NCBI RefSeq assembly: GCF_031769215.1
Contig: NW_026781868.1
Coordinates: 62,001 to 126,000, forward strand
Origin: Ylistrum balloti
Lineage: Eukaryota
Direction: 5' to 3'
Length of the DNA stretch: 64,000 bases
Made by a program: the position numbers and the translations under genes. Below the pieces are notes generated by a model that was not told where the DNA came from, made no database searches, and saw only the letters and a list, made by a program, of their open reading frames with translations. Below, piece after piece: positions 1 through 13,800 of the stretch (position 1 is its first letter; every line of letters begins with the position of its first letter).

Positions 1-67
1 AAATAGTGTTGGTTTTGTTTGATTACCTTGACCTTTTCATTCTGTAACCTTTGACCTTGTGTTGTAG

Positions 68-3000
68 GTGCTGATGTAGTGACCTTACTGGAGAGTGACG
101 CGTCCAAACCTTTTCTTGGTAACAATGACCTTGGCCTCTGGCTTGGAGAGAAACTAGGCATGTATGTTGACTTTGGGCCTTCTACCAAAGACCACACCTG
201 GGGGTAAGTCCACATGTGCAGCAGGAATTGGAGTAGGGAAAGGGGGTTGTTACAGAAGACAGCAACATAACACATCGACAGCAGTCAGAGAGATCATGTA
301 CAGATACAACACATCTGTAGGGGAGTTAACATATCAGTATAGGTTTGAAACACTGGTATTCACCCATCTGTATGATAGGACTGGTGAGTTAAAGGAAGCA
401 ATTTACCCGGTATTACCTTACATTGTACCCATCAAACAGGGTTGTTGGATGAACTAGCTACCTTAGGTTTAGGATAAGTAATATGATTTATGCAACTGTT
501 GAAAAAACTATTTCTAACAATAAGACCATGCACATTAAAAAGACCACTCATATTACAAATTAGTTCCTGTACCAAAGTATAATATTATGAGACTCTTTCA
601 CGTGTCAGGGTGTAGGATAGGGATATTCCAACCGAGATGTCACAAATGTCATAAAACCAAAGACTTTGTTGAAGGTTTTACCACATTTTGTAGCCTTGAG
701 GGTGAAATATCCAATCCTTCACCCTGACTTATGAAAGAGTGTTTTTCTCTCATTTTTCATTCTGAAATATTGGGAAAATATAGATTCAGATGTTGTTTAT
801 GTATTACAATTTTTGTGATATTACACAAAAATCATATTTTTATTGATATAGAAAATGAATTCTTGGTACCTAAATTTGACAAACAAATTTTGATGTTGAA
901 AATTGAAACTAAATACAAAGAGTCACTGTAAAGAACTATTTGTATACATGTTTGTATACATTATATCAGGCAATGACGTCATGAGGTAGGGACACGTCAC
1001 ATTTCTTTTGGCGTGTTGTTTGTATTGCATGGATGGGTATGTAATACAAGAACAGCGTACCTGTTTAACCAGAATTACACACCTAGAAATTAGAGAAGTC
1101 ATTATCTTGTAATAAGCCCAGGGTCTGATGTTATGTACTGGGTATATTACATGACAAATATGATACTAATACTGAGAGATCTAAACATTACTGATACAGC
1201 TTTAATGATATACAGGTCTAACTCTTAATTGCTATTTTGTTTTTTTCTCTGTATTTTCTCTAAATGACTAACTCTTTGCTTTGATTTCAGAAATTTGATT
1301 TTGTCAAAGTATCCGATCATCAAGTCTACTCACCACCTTCTCCCTTCCCCGCATGGTAAGGTTTTAATATGAATTAACCACCTGTCAATCCAGTTAGGCA
1401 TACAGACTACAACAGTACGGGTTGTCTGTATTGTATTGTTTTAGGGTTAATCCATAATTAACATTTACAATTTTGTGAAAAAAATTTATCACTGCTCCTG
1501 ATCCAAAAATTAGATTTGAAGCCAAACAATAAAGATTAATTTTATGACCAAAAAAGTCAAGGTTAGTTCCTTCTTAGAATTTTAAAACAATGGTCATTTT
1601 TCATCTCCACTTTAACAGAAAATTTAAACTTTACTTTAAGATTAATGCACATGTCCAAATGTGATGACTTGGCAATGCATTATATCAGAAAACTTGTAAA
1701 ATACTAACACCAACAAAAACTATGGAACTAAATGTGAAGGAGAAAGAAGTGACTGAGTGGAAAATGTAGCTAACAGTGTTTACTGTTCATTGAGTGATGC
1801 TGATGTCCTCAGGATTTACCCATGTTTAGTCTGCGGTATGGACAACCCATGTTATCAGAGAAACAGAACCGAGCATACAATTTAATCAATTGTTACACAG
1901 TTGAAGTTCAGAGAAAGAAATTGTCACCAGTTTGAAAAGATAGTGATATGAAATTAGGTTTTTATTCTTTTTAATTTTTCACCATGTTGCAAGTGTTTGA
2001 TATTGCTTATGTTGAGTTCATGCTAAAATATCAACAAACACCCATGGATTAATGTACCTGGATGAGAGTCTTTTAAAAGTTTGTTTTACAAGTAGAAGTT
2101 GCATGTTGTGACCCATCAAAGCTGAAATGGATGTTCTAACCTTTGCATGACTACTAGTTTTTATACTTTATTAATATCAGCTTATTAACAATGACCTCTG
2201 AACTCTTCAATGTAAATTAGTAGTTTATTTGACAATTAAAGGGATATTATACACAAGTTAGGATTCCATAAGATGTTTTTTTATAGAAAATTGTACAAAA
2301 TTATCTGCTTATGTTGTGATGGTAATTGTCCACCTCAATTTATCATTAATACATTTTAGCTAGATCAATTTACAAATGTTTGTGCAGAACTAATTGTGTC
2401 ATGACAGTTTTGCATTAGCAGAGCAGCATGGAATAGTTTTGTAAAAGTATTAAATCAACAGAAAATAAGCTTAAGAAAGTAATGAAAATTGCGACTCCAG
2501 CGAAAATTTTAGTGAACAACTTTTACCCAATACTCTGCATAAAATCTGTGATCCAGTGACCTTTCAGTTGCCGATTTCCTGCTGCACTATATTTAGACGG
2601 TAAATATATCAGCTGGAGGTTCCCACCATTTTTCCTGTTCAAACTGACAATAGGAGATTTATTTTGATGTCAACAATAGTTTTAAAAGTCATAAGAACAC
2701 TTTGCAACTTGGTCAGAATTTCATTTTAAATATACATCACACTAATATCATTTGGTTTCTTTTTTGTCATGAAGCCTCTATATTGCTATTTTTTGACAGA
2801 CCAAAATTATCCCAGGTTTGCCTGAGCCAATAAAGTGCCCAAAGTGACATCAACTTTGTTGCTAACTTCCATTGATAGTGGTTGATAATTTAACAATCTA
2901 TGTAGACTAAATTATCACTTTATACTTTTGATATGTAATTGGTACAGGTGAGTTGGCTCCAGCAGTGACTGCTAGTGTCAACATCAGCGGTCAAGCAGTT

Positions 3001-5017
3001 GATTTCGTGGTCACTCACATGGGCAATGACCGTGACATTCTGGACAGAAAGCTGCAAGCACAGTTCCTCGCCAAAGAACTGAAAAAAAGGTAACAATAGA
3101 TACCTTCCTGATCTGATTAACAACCGAAGTCAACCAGGACATTGGTTCTCTCCCATTTCGTCAGTTTTTTGAAATTCAGTGTATCAGGATTTTGAAGACT
3201 TACTCTACCTGATTTCATAATTTTTTTCAAAAAAATGTTAAATTGCGGTACAAGAGTTATATACTGCCAGGAACTCAGTGGGATATTAATTCACTTTTCT
3301 TTACATTCATTATACTAATCCAGATTAGTACTTTTCATATACTTTTACTCTTCATACTAATATCTTTTTTAAAAACATAGTACATTTACTTTTATTACAT
3401 CAATTGTAACCAAAAATTCTATAGACAAATATCGTATATTTAGGAGTAAAATCTGTAGAATTTAATACATTATTTTGATAATAATGATAGAAAGGAAAGC
3501 CAAACATGAGGTCTCTGATATTTAACTGGAATGGTTTCAACTTCCCTCATTGACTGGATAACTCAAAATATTTCCCCTGCAAGCTCTTCTTCAAGAATGA
3601 TCTTTTCATATATACATTGTACATTCCACAGCCCAAATCCGGTGATATTTCTGGGATATGTGACCTCTGCCCCAGGGAGTCGTGACTACAAACAGCTTCT
3701 AAAGAAAGGTCTTGTCAAGGACATTGACCAGACTGACCGTGACAGATGGTGTGAATACATTATGTACCGCGACCTTATCAGGTACATACAGAAATTTTTT
3801 GTGAATATCAGATGATTTGTACATATTGATAGAGGCTCTGTAAGTTTACTTTCCTCCATGGTGAAATAAAACTTTCCACTTTTCCACGTGATTAAGATGA
3901 CACCTACTCTGTTTCTACAGGCTAGGCTATGCAAGAATCACCCATGGGGGTCTCAGTGACACTGAAGTTCAAATAGCAAAATTCCTGATTCCTGAGGATC
4001 AGCATGATTTCAAGGATAATGGCAAGGTGACCACTGATTCCAGACAGGTCAACAAAAGTCTTCATTTTAATGTCAGGTAGGTACAACCTTACCTCATGTG
4101 ATGGAAAACCGAGGAAAATTTACCATGATGTTACAGTGTATCAGTAATAGCATGTGATGGAAAACCGAGGCAAATTTACCATGATGTTACAGTGTATCAG
4201 TAATAGCACTATCAATGATGTGTTTGACTAATCATGAAATATCAGGTAGGTACAACCTTACCTCATGTGATGGAAAACCGAGGAAAATTTACCATGATGT
4301 TACAGTGTATCAGTAATAGCAGTATCAATCATGTGTTTGACTGGTTATGAAATAATCCTCATTTTAGTTTCCAATTCTGATATTTTTTTAAAGACAACTT
4401 TCTGTGAAATGTCTTTTGGAGTTGATTAAGCAGTATTTTGGACAAACTGGTCAGGATCATTATATTTTTCATGACCTTTTAAGAAGTAGGAGCTTGAGGT
4501 TGGTATAAGTCACAGATACATCCCAGCTCTAATAGTTCTTAAAAAGAACAGCTCTTCTTCATTGTCTGTTGATAATGTTTTTCCTTAGAGAGCTACTTAT
4601 CAAGAATACCTGAACAACTTTCTCTCTAAATTTGGTCTTGGGTTAAGGAGTCAATTTTGTATGAATGATGAGTCCAGACCATCTTAGATCTTAATTAATG
4701 CCTAAATTAATGCCATTTTACTTTGTGGGTGGAGAACCTGTTTTGATAGAACTAAGATGTTGTACAAAGTGTACTGTAAAGTTTGGTCCAATTTTCCAAG
4801 TTCTCATATTTTGTATATGGAAAGTTATTCACAGTAGTTAATGAACATGATATTTTTCATGCCAGTTTCTTCAGTTTTAAAGGTGTCACTAGTACCTGTA
4901 CCAAGAAGTGACCAGATACATCTTTTCTGTTTCAGATTCGGTTCTTTCCATGCTGGTCATGGATATTTTAAAGGACACAAATTCCATATGGATACGCCCA
5001 AGTACTTCTTGCCTTAA
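68..5017 (+). CDS. CWH43: CWH43 / PGAP2-interacting protein (GPI lipid remodelling), last six coding exons; 5' part lies outside the window
   Basis: GT-AG exons 68-203, 1291-1355, 2948-3089, 3632-3781, 3921-4076 and 4936-5017 join in consistent phase. They read [45 protein letters not shown]|[21 protein letters not shown]|[38 protein letters not shown]...|[19 protein letters not shown]...[14 protein letters not shown]|[21 protein letters not shown]...HFNVR|[26 protein letters not shown], closely matching the vertebrate CWH43 C-terminus as I recall it. Confidence 0.95.
4073..4354 (+). repeat. Intronic tandem duplication: three copies of a 56-bp core, plus a second copy of the exon end and splice donor
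   Basis: TGTGATGGAAAACCGAGG(A/C)AAATTTACCATGATGTTACAGTGTATCAGTAATAGCA at 4097, 4153 and 4266; TCAG|GTAGGTACAACCTTACCTCA at 4073 and 4242. Confidence 0.9.
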
Positions 5018-6638
5018 CCTCATAGCCTTATCTGTTTTGGAAGAACAGGTGTTCGTTTTAAATATTACAGACCATCCGTTCCTGTCACATACGACACTCC
5101 TGGAAAACGAGTTCCAGGTACAAAATTTTGCCGTCCTCTCTATCAACATCACACAATACAGATGCTGCCTTACATCTGAAATGAGACACAAACTTTTAGA
5201 ACTATTTTTTGAGATTTTCAAATACATGTTCTATAAAATAGTATTTTTTGACACATCTGTGTGTATATATTAAGACATACTAACTGAATAGTGTCTTACT
5301 TCATTTTGATGCAAGTTTGATAGATTGGGAGGAAAAGAAGCAGCATTGATTACTGTTAAAGTGTTTTAATTGGGTACATGGTTGGAGAGACTAGGGGATT
5401 TTTTTAGGAGGGGGTGGGGTTGGGAGACAGTGTAAAATTATGAAACATGTTGTGTATGGGCACATTTTGGAGTTTTTTAGTGAGTTTAACATTGTATTGA
5501 AAATCTAACACAGAACATAAGATTTGTAGAACTGTAGATTTTTAATAAAAAAAAATAATGCTTATGTTCTTAAAAGACTGAGAGTGGCTTATAAAGGATT
5601 CATTTGCCTAATATTGATATTTGTTTAAAAGATAACGTTACTGTAGAAATCTGTAAGGAGACATATTGTTCAAATGTCCTTTGTATGAAATCTTTGTCTC
5701 TGTTGAGATATTTCTTCCTAAGTTGAACTGAAACTTTGACAAAGTCACAGGTTTTATTGTATTTGAAGGAAAGTATTATGACATAAAAAATGGCATAATG
5801 TAAAAATATTACAATTTTTCAGATGTTATGCATTCAGATGTATGCACTGATTAAAAATCTACCACTGGGGTTGTTCCAAACAGCCTCAACTTTTTTATTT
5901 CACATTTCCAGTACCAGGTTTTTTTTTTTCTGAATGTTTCCAGATCCTGAAATGTATACCTGTTGTATTTAGCTGGTATTGTCCTTTCAGAGTTTAGTAG
6001 TTTTAATAAAGGGTTTTATAATTTTCTGTTCCTCAGTGAAATTTGATTCTGATTGACAGTGTTAGATATCTTTAGTAGTTATAGATGTTGTTTTTTGACC
6101 GTGGATTTATGTTTAAAAGATTTTGGTTGAAATAATCTTGGTTTCTGGTGCAGAGTTCAATGTTTGTACAAAATATCCAGGACTTGTAAATATATATATG
6201 TGTTGTCCGTGGTCTGGTTTAGTCGGAATCATCATGAAAATAGTCAATATCTATCTGTATTGTTGGCGTTTGTGAATTAACTACAACTTGTATATATTGG
6301 TCATTGGTTTGGGATATGCAATCCAGATTTTTGTGTTAATTTCTCTCTTTTGTTGGTCATAGTATTGTCTGTGTAGTTCAGAGTTTTCTGTTACATAATG
6401 ATAAGTTACGTAATGGCCGCGATTGGAGTTTGTTGTCTAGATTTTTGTATGAATTGGTCACAGATTTGTTATGTGATGTTGTTTTCGTATCTAATGGCCA
6501 TATGTTGATGTGATATTCAACAACTCGCCATATCACATGTTGGAGGAATGGTTCATGTGAGTGAGTTAAAATCTTTGTATTGTGAATCATACAGACACTG
6601 ATTGACATAAACATCCTCAGCTTCAAATCAACGTTAAC

Positions 6639-6989
6639 TACCTGTAAACCAACTTTCTTTTTGTGTGTTATTTTCTTTCGCGAACTTTATGATCTGAGCA
6701 AAATCATGAAAAATTATTCGCTGCAAATCAAAATAAAGATATTAAACATTATTTCCATATTACAAAATTATATATTTCGTTGGGCTCAAATTTTATGGTT
6801 TTCAATAAAAATACATTTTCGTTGATGTTTGATTTCACTGATAAAAGTTGCTGATGAAATTCTCTTGTGCTAAGTTAATGGGTATCCTGAACAGATTTAT
6901 CATGTCATGGGCAAATTAATTTGTGGTTAAGAAGACCTCATGAAATCAGTGAAAATAAAAAGCCCTTTAAAATTAGTGATTTGACAGTA
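6639..6989. mobile_element. Degenerate TA-flanked MITE
   Basis: Left end TACCTGTAAACCAACTTTC...TTTCGCGA; right end AAAATTAGTGATTTGACAGTA (reverse complement TACTGTCAAATCACTAATTTT). Imperfect TIRs. Confidence 0.4.
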
Positions 6990-9180
6990 AATAAACATTA
7001 TTGATTAATATTCCATGACTATCCTTTACATGTTGTGTTTTGTAGATATGTTAAAAAGTCATTTCTGCCAGTGTTTGATTCCAGTGATGTCTGGTAACTT
7101 CCAGATAAAGTCTGCTCAGTGTCATTGAGTTCATTGAATGGTTTACCTGTATAGGGTAGCTTACAAGCTTTTAAGTCACCATGATTGACCTTTATATAAC
7201 TATTGTACAAGAAGCACAATACATTTACACCTTATTAATTTGCGAAGTTAGTGAAGCTGGTTTATTTATCAGTGTTTTGTAAAAAATGGGGCTCTGTATG
7301 GGATTAAAATGAAGACTCTGCACTTGTTGCACAGTTGTGGTTCTGACTTTGGGGAAAGTCAGTTGCAATAAACCTGTTGTATTACTGAAACTGTGAAAGT
7401 TAGCAGCAGTGAGAGAAAGTTGGTTTACATTCAAAGGTGTTAACAGTAAGGAGCTTGATTTAAAATATATTATATTTGGTCTTCATTGCCTTTATCAATG
7501 TACATGTAGCTGTTTAAATGGACACACCCATCTTAAACTAGGAAGTTAACTGTGATAGACTGATGATCCTTTATGACAAAACTAACAATGTGCCTCTTTA
7601 TACTTATTGAAATCTTTGTCAGTAAATCTGTTGTCATATCTTTGCGACTGTAAAACCTTTCCCAAACTAATCCTGTGCCTGTGGATTAATCTGTTTTGAA
7701 AAAGACAATTTATATCTTTTTGATACCAAAGATTTCTGACAAATATACTACTGAAAACTGATAGGGAAGGAGAAATGGGAGATTTTCAGTACAGAGAAGT
7801 GTGTAAGAACTACAGAAATTGATTTGTGAATGAGAGCTTTGTCTGTGATCAAGTTAGTGTTTGTTTTTTATATATAAATTTATATATCTATATACCCATA
7901 TGTACATTGTTATATTATTACTACAGACAATCTTCCTACTGATAATTCATCTGTATCATTATTTTGGACATAATTGATCAGTCTTCGATCAATATGTAAT
8001 TAAACCCAATTTTAACAGAAGATCATTGTAAAGGGAGGTAACAAGTGTATTTTGTTTTAAATTTTGTTGTTATATTACTTGACAGAGTATGTTTCTCATA
8101 AATGAATGAGAATTGTTCCATTTGTCGAAAACAATGCAAAAAAATGATAGAAGTGAATCTTATCTCTTGTGATTGATGTAATGGTGGCGTTATTGTGTAA
8201 GAAAACTCACATCAATACATATCATCGTATAAATGTGATACAAATCTGGACATGATTAGGGAAGCTTTTTCTTGCCTGTCTAAACTGGATCTACATCCTG
8301 ATGATCCATGTAGTGTTGTACTTATCTAAGATATATGTATATATATACTGTTGTATAACTGATTCGTAGAAATTTTGTCTTGGCTTGGGTTTATATACGT
8401 ATATATAAGTTGTATGCAGGAAATGACTGAATATGCAGACTTGATAGAATCTTTCATCATTTTTTGGGTGAGAAAGGGGATTTCAAGAAGATTGGAAAGA
8501 TTATAAAGTTGGTATGCAAAAGGTTTGTGTAATGTTTGCAACTTAATAATCTTTACCAAAGGGTTGAGATTCCTCTATCTCACACACAAGTAGATGAATT
8601 AACACTTTGCTGATGCTACATGCCTTCTTACCTTTGGGTTATTGTTATCTCAAAGCTTTTTATTGTTGACGTGACATCAGTGAGATGGATTAGAATCCCC
8701 ATCTCAGTCCTGCAGTGAGACAAGTCAGTATTCACAGTGGTTAAAGCATTGATTTCCACAGGAAGAGAACTTATATATCTTAAACTATATTATATAAAAT
8801 ATATGCAGATGGAAGAATAATGCAACATCATTATTCAATACACATATTAACTATTTATATTGATGAAGTTACCTTATTCAGATTTTTATATCACACATAT
8901 GATGTATTACATTGTTTTCATATTACAGTATGAGTGGGGTAGTGGGCTGCAGCAATTTGTACAGTACTTTATTGTATTAAAGTTTTGGGAATTTTAAATA
9001 ATGTGTGTGGAATTTAAAAAGATATGTTTACTTTAATTAAGAAATATCTTAATTTCATTTCATTAATTCTTAGTATCTTTGATAGGTAGTGAATGCTTTT
9101 TAGAAAAGAAAAACTATTATAGTGTAGTGTTATTTGAAGTGTACTCTAATCAATAGTGTTTTTCATTAATTGATTGAATA

Positions 9181-9700
9181 ATTATGGCCCACCACATAGT
9201 GGTGAATGTCCAACAGTGGTTGCTCTGCCAGTCTGTCCATCCGTCTGAATCATATTTATGTCCACTCCATAATTTTGTAATATATTTGAGGGATGGCACT
9301 TTGTCATATTTTTAACCACTATAAAGTGTGCCACATACCTAATTATTGTGTATCCTTTTATGGTAAAATTTAAACCTAAGGAAGTTAATAGTTTTATTGT
9401 GGGACTACAGAAATTTATGTCCATTTCATTTCTATATAACCAGTCTAAGTAGAGGGATGAAACTTTGCATGATTGTTAAACACTATGAGAAGGTTAGATG
9501 GTATTTCATTTATTTGTTCTTCATAGATCAATATCTGAACTTTAGACTTTTCATTGTACTCAAAACAATGAAATAAAGACATTTGTATCCACTCTATAAC
9601 TAGGCAGTCATTTAAGTCTTGCCAGGGCCCTTATAGATAATTTCCATCTCCACGTCATCTAGTTTAACTTGATATAAAAAGTGAATAATTAGGTTACATG
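9181..9700 (+). mobile_element. Degenerate HINE/pearl/DTC84-type (Helentron-associated) repeat
   Basis: Head with short hairpin CACCAC-ATA-GTGGTG, followed by a GTCY microsatellite (GTCTGTCCATCCGTCTG) and then typical body motifs. The right boundary is approximate. Confidence 0.45.
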
Positions 9701-10497
9701 TGAGTTTTATTTTCACATTTTGCCAAATTTTGTTAACCAAGTGTGTAGCTTATATGTACAGTTTACTCATATTAGAGTAAAAAAATTTAGATTGTTGAAA
9801 TTTCTTGGTGTTCTAATGTGAGGTAACTGTACTTGTTAAATATGATCTGTATAAAAATGGCATACATTATGGGTTGGTTAGATTTAAAGTCACTTACATT
9901 CCATCATTTGCCTTGTTGTGTTTGTTAAAAATGATCATTATGTGTCATGTGTTGATGATGAAGCTATGTTTTTGTTTTGTATGTATTTTTGTTTTTGTTT
10001 TCCTCAATTTGTACAATTAGACAATCTAAAAGGACTGGTGACTGAAAGGTAATGTTATCTATTGATTAAATATTTGCAAATCATACATACACTGTGCATG
10101 TAAATCTGTTAGTGTACATGTTTTCCAAAAGTTTTCAGACAACGAGTAATGACAGCTTCAATTTTTACTCCTTGTAAATCTGTTTTTTTTTCTTGTTGGA
10201 TTACTGTCAAAATTAGGAATGAAGTAGGAAAGGAAAAAGTAGGAAAACCATGAAGTCATTATTGTATTAAAGAAATTATTTATTATGGTTAATGAAAGGC
10301 AGCTGTCAGATTAGACAGGTTATTGGAATACTTAGTGGTCAGGTTAAACAGGTCTTTTGAATACATAGTTATCCAAGTATACAGATAATTGAGATAAATA
10401 GTGGTCAGATTTGACAGGTCTTTTGAATATTTAGTTATTTAGGTTATTGAAATACTACTTGGTGATATTAGGCAGGTTTTTGGAATACTGGATTAGA

Positions 10498-11250
10498 CTG
10501 AGATGTCAGATTAGACAGGTTGTTGAAATACTGAGATGTCAGATTAGACAAGTTGTTGAAATACTGAGATGTCAGATTAGACAGGTTGTTGTAATACTGA
10601 GATGTCAGATTAGACAAGTTGTTGTAATACTGAGATGTCAGATTAGACAAGTTGTTGTAATACTGAGATGTCAGATTAGACAGGTTATTGAAATACTGAG
10701 ATGTCAGATTAGACAAGTTGTTGTAATACTGAGATGTCAGATTAGACAGGTTATTGTAATACTGAGATGTCAGATTAGACAAGTTGTTGTAATACTGAGA
10801 TGTCAGATTAGACAGGTTGTTGTAATACTGAGATGTCAGATTAGACAGGTTATTGAAATACTGAGATGTCAGATTAGACAGGTTGTTGTAATACTGAGAT
10901 GTCAGATTAGACAGGTTGTTGTAATACTGAGATGTCAGATTAGACAGGTTGTTGTAATACTGAGATGTCAGATTAGACAGGTTGTTGTAATACTGAGATG
11001 TCAGATTAGACAGGTTATTGAAATACTGAGATGTCAGATTAGACAGGTTGTTGAAATACTGAGATGTCAGATTGGACAAGTTGTTGAAATACTGAGATGT
11101 CAGATTAGACAGGTTGTTGTAATACTGAGATGTCAGATTAGACAGGTTGTTGTAATACTGAGATGTCAGATTAGACAAGTTGCTGTAATACTGAGATGTC
11201 AGATTAGACAGGTTATTGAAATACTGAGATGTCAGATTAGACAGGTTGCT
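10498..11250. repeat. 33-bp minisatellite, about 23 copies, with decayed copies upstream from about 10300
   Basis: Unit CTGAGATGTCAGATTAGACA(G/A)GTT(G/A)TTG(T/A)AATA. It produces the repeat ORFs 10447-11346(+) and 10468-11178(-). Confidence 0.97.
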
Positions 11251-12358
11251 GGTACTTATGACTACAGTTTTCTTCCTTTATTTCTGTCTAGACAAAATGT
11301 CAATACCAATCAAGTCATCGGCAATAAGATTGTTTTTTTTTTGTAGATCAGAAATTTTTGTTCTTCTAGATTGATGTGAGTCGGTCATTCATTATACCTT
11401 AAATGATTTCACTTCACTTAACATCAGTTATTGATACTGCATTTAAATTACGTCCTCAAATGATCAAGTTCTTAATTCAGGTAAACTTGACCCACCTGAA
11501 ACATTGCCAGTCAGTCTACGGGATATTTCCTGGTTATTTTTAACCATTTTAGATGGTCACAATCCTTTAACTAGGCTATAGTCAGCTGTCCTGTCTTCTA
11601 ATTTCAAATTTTACCTAAGGTATATCAGAAACCTTATTGATAGTATAAAACATTTTGTATTTCCATGACACTTTCCATGTTTTTATTCTAGGTTTAAACA
11701 AGCAAATCATTTTGAAATGTATTTTACTTGTAAAGAGTTTTGACTTAAGAATATTTTGCAAATAATCTCAGATCAAATATTGAGCTTTATGGTTATTGTC
11801 ATAACTTATACCACATCGCTGAATTAAATTCTTCCACAAGCACAACATCCTTAAATGACCCTGGAAAGTAAAGCTACAATAAATTCATCTATCTTATACA
11901 GATGGCTTTTAAGCTTAATTACCAAAAATAAGGTCTCTAATTAGTTGTCGGAACCTGATGTGTTTTAAAAATTTGGATGGCTTATATACTGTGAATGTAA
12001 TAACATATTGTCAGTGTAACTAAATTTAAGACTGATTGGTCCCAACTTTTGTCTGAGAAACTCTGTAAACTGCTGTGTCAATTTCAGCAAAAACATGACA
12101 TACAATCCAACCTTTATATAAAGATTTGGGTATATTTATTTGTTAATACTGATGATGCCACTTGATGTTGCACTTTTCCTCTTTTGACTTTCTGTTAAAT
12201 TTGTAGCTCACTCTAAGATGTAGATAAATAATGTTAATAGAATAATTACTATAATATTTCTTTATAATGTTTAACTTAATTCTAAAATTTTCAAAAATAA
12301 AGTCATGCATGCAATTTTTCATTTTTAAAATTTATAAGTTAAAATCTTGAGTTAGATG

Positions 12359-12515
12359 TTCAGACTAAAGAACATCAAAGTGGGTTGTATTTATTACTCT
12401 ATGTGTGTGTTTTTACCACCAATAAACCAACTGACCTTCAGACTAAAGAACATCAAATTGGGTAGTATTTATTACTGTATGTGTGTGTTTTTACCACCAA
12501 TAAACCAACTGACCT
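12359..12515. repeat. 78-bp tandem duplication (2 copies)
   Basis: CAGACTAAAGAACATCAAA...TTTTACCACCAATAAACCAACTGACCTT at 12361 and 12439. Confidence 0.9.
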
Positions 12516-13259
12516 TTGTTTGAGAAGGACTTGTATACTGGTTGTATTGTCACCAAGAGGTTAATGTCTGCTGTAGACAATTTTATTGAAACATAAACAT
12601 ATGTTTATTATTGTTATTTATACCAGCTGGCTTTAAAATGTTATAAATGCATTGTATACAGAAAAGAAAATACAAAGTATTTTCCTTAGCTGGTACATTT
12701 ATGTCTCCTCCTTTAAATGATTCTGGTTTTTCTAATAATTTCTTATCCAAGATGTAACTTTTAAACTATTGATGACATCTTGACAAAACTTGCAGTACCA
12801 TTTATATTTGCATAACCTAAAGCTGATGTACAAAAAACTGCTAATGGTCACTGTGACCTTGACCTCAAATTCAAAGGTCGAACAAGTGCAAATTTATCAA
12901 TAATTTGATGTGTTGGTGATAACTTTTAATCTGTTAAAGATATTTTAGTAAAGGGATACTGCACACCTTTATCACCCACTGACCAAGTGCAGCACTTTGT
13001 CATTGGATCGCAGCAACCTTGCTCAAAGTCAATGGTCAAACTAGTCTGAATTTTTCCAATAGCTGAATTAATAAAAACAGTAATTTTTTTATACAAAAGC
13101 AGCCAATTTATATAATTGCTAATAAAAGAGTGGAGCCATGTGTTTTTGTTCACTTAAATTAATCTCTAGTTTGTAGTTCTTGTATGCTAATGTTTCAAAT
13201 AAACCAACGTTTCATTCCTATAAATACCTCTGTTTCATTTTTTATATGCCTGTTAAAAG

Positions 13260-13800
13260 ATGGGTCATATGTTATCATTTGGGTAGGTGGGTGGACACAG
13301 GCAGAGTCCGTTCGATTAACTTAGGTAGTTTTCTAGACTTCATAGGGAGGTTCATTATCATGATAGCTTGGATGAATTTGAATATGGTAATTTATGGTTG
13401 ATTTCCATGATTGCCAAGACAAGTTTGATCACTGCATTTTTTTGAGTTATGGCCCTTTATTTAATTACAGAAATATTGTCTGCTTGATATCACAAAAAGG
13501 ATTCAACAGATTAACTTCAAACTTCATAGAAAGGTTTAATACCATGATAGCTGGCCCCTTATTCAACTACCAAAAGCATCTGCTTGCATCGCAAGTAGTT
13601 TTTCAACGAATCAACTTTAAATTTTATAGGAAACTTCATTACCATGATGTGTCACACATGTCGCATTGCTGCATTTTTCTTACTGTAATTCTTGGAGTTA
13701 TGGCCCTTTATTAATTTATGAAAACAGTGTGTGTTCCATATCTCGATTAGTTTTCAACAGATCAACCTCGAACTTCATAGTGAGGTTTATTACCATTACT
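13260..13800 (+). mobile_element. Degenerate HINE/pearl-type element with an internal array of 3-4 diverged units of about 120-150 bp
   Basis: Recurrent GAGTTATGGCCCTT...TTCAACAGAT(T/C)AAC..C.AACTTCATAG..AGGTTTA.TACCAT blocks near 13340, 13445, 13550 and 13695. Confidence 0.4.

Noticed and set aside
164-5273. ORF-track entries 164-457, 2920-3123, 3531-3815, 3686-3934, 4889-5227 and 4908-5273 as independent genes
   Set aside because: They are shifted, antisense or intron-extended readings overlapping CWH43 exons.
10468-11178. Minus-strand repeat peptide LSNLTSQYYNN as an LRR-like protein or LRR donor cassettes for the neighbouring receptor
   Set aside because: It lacks the third Leu of LxxLxLxxN, has an 11-aa period, and is nearly identical at the DNA level; it is a by-product of a 33-bp minisatellite.
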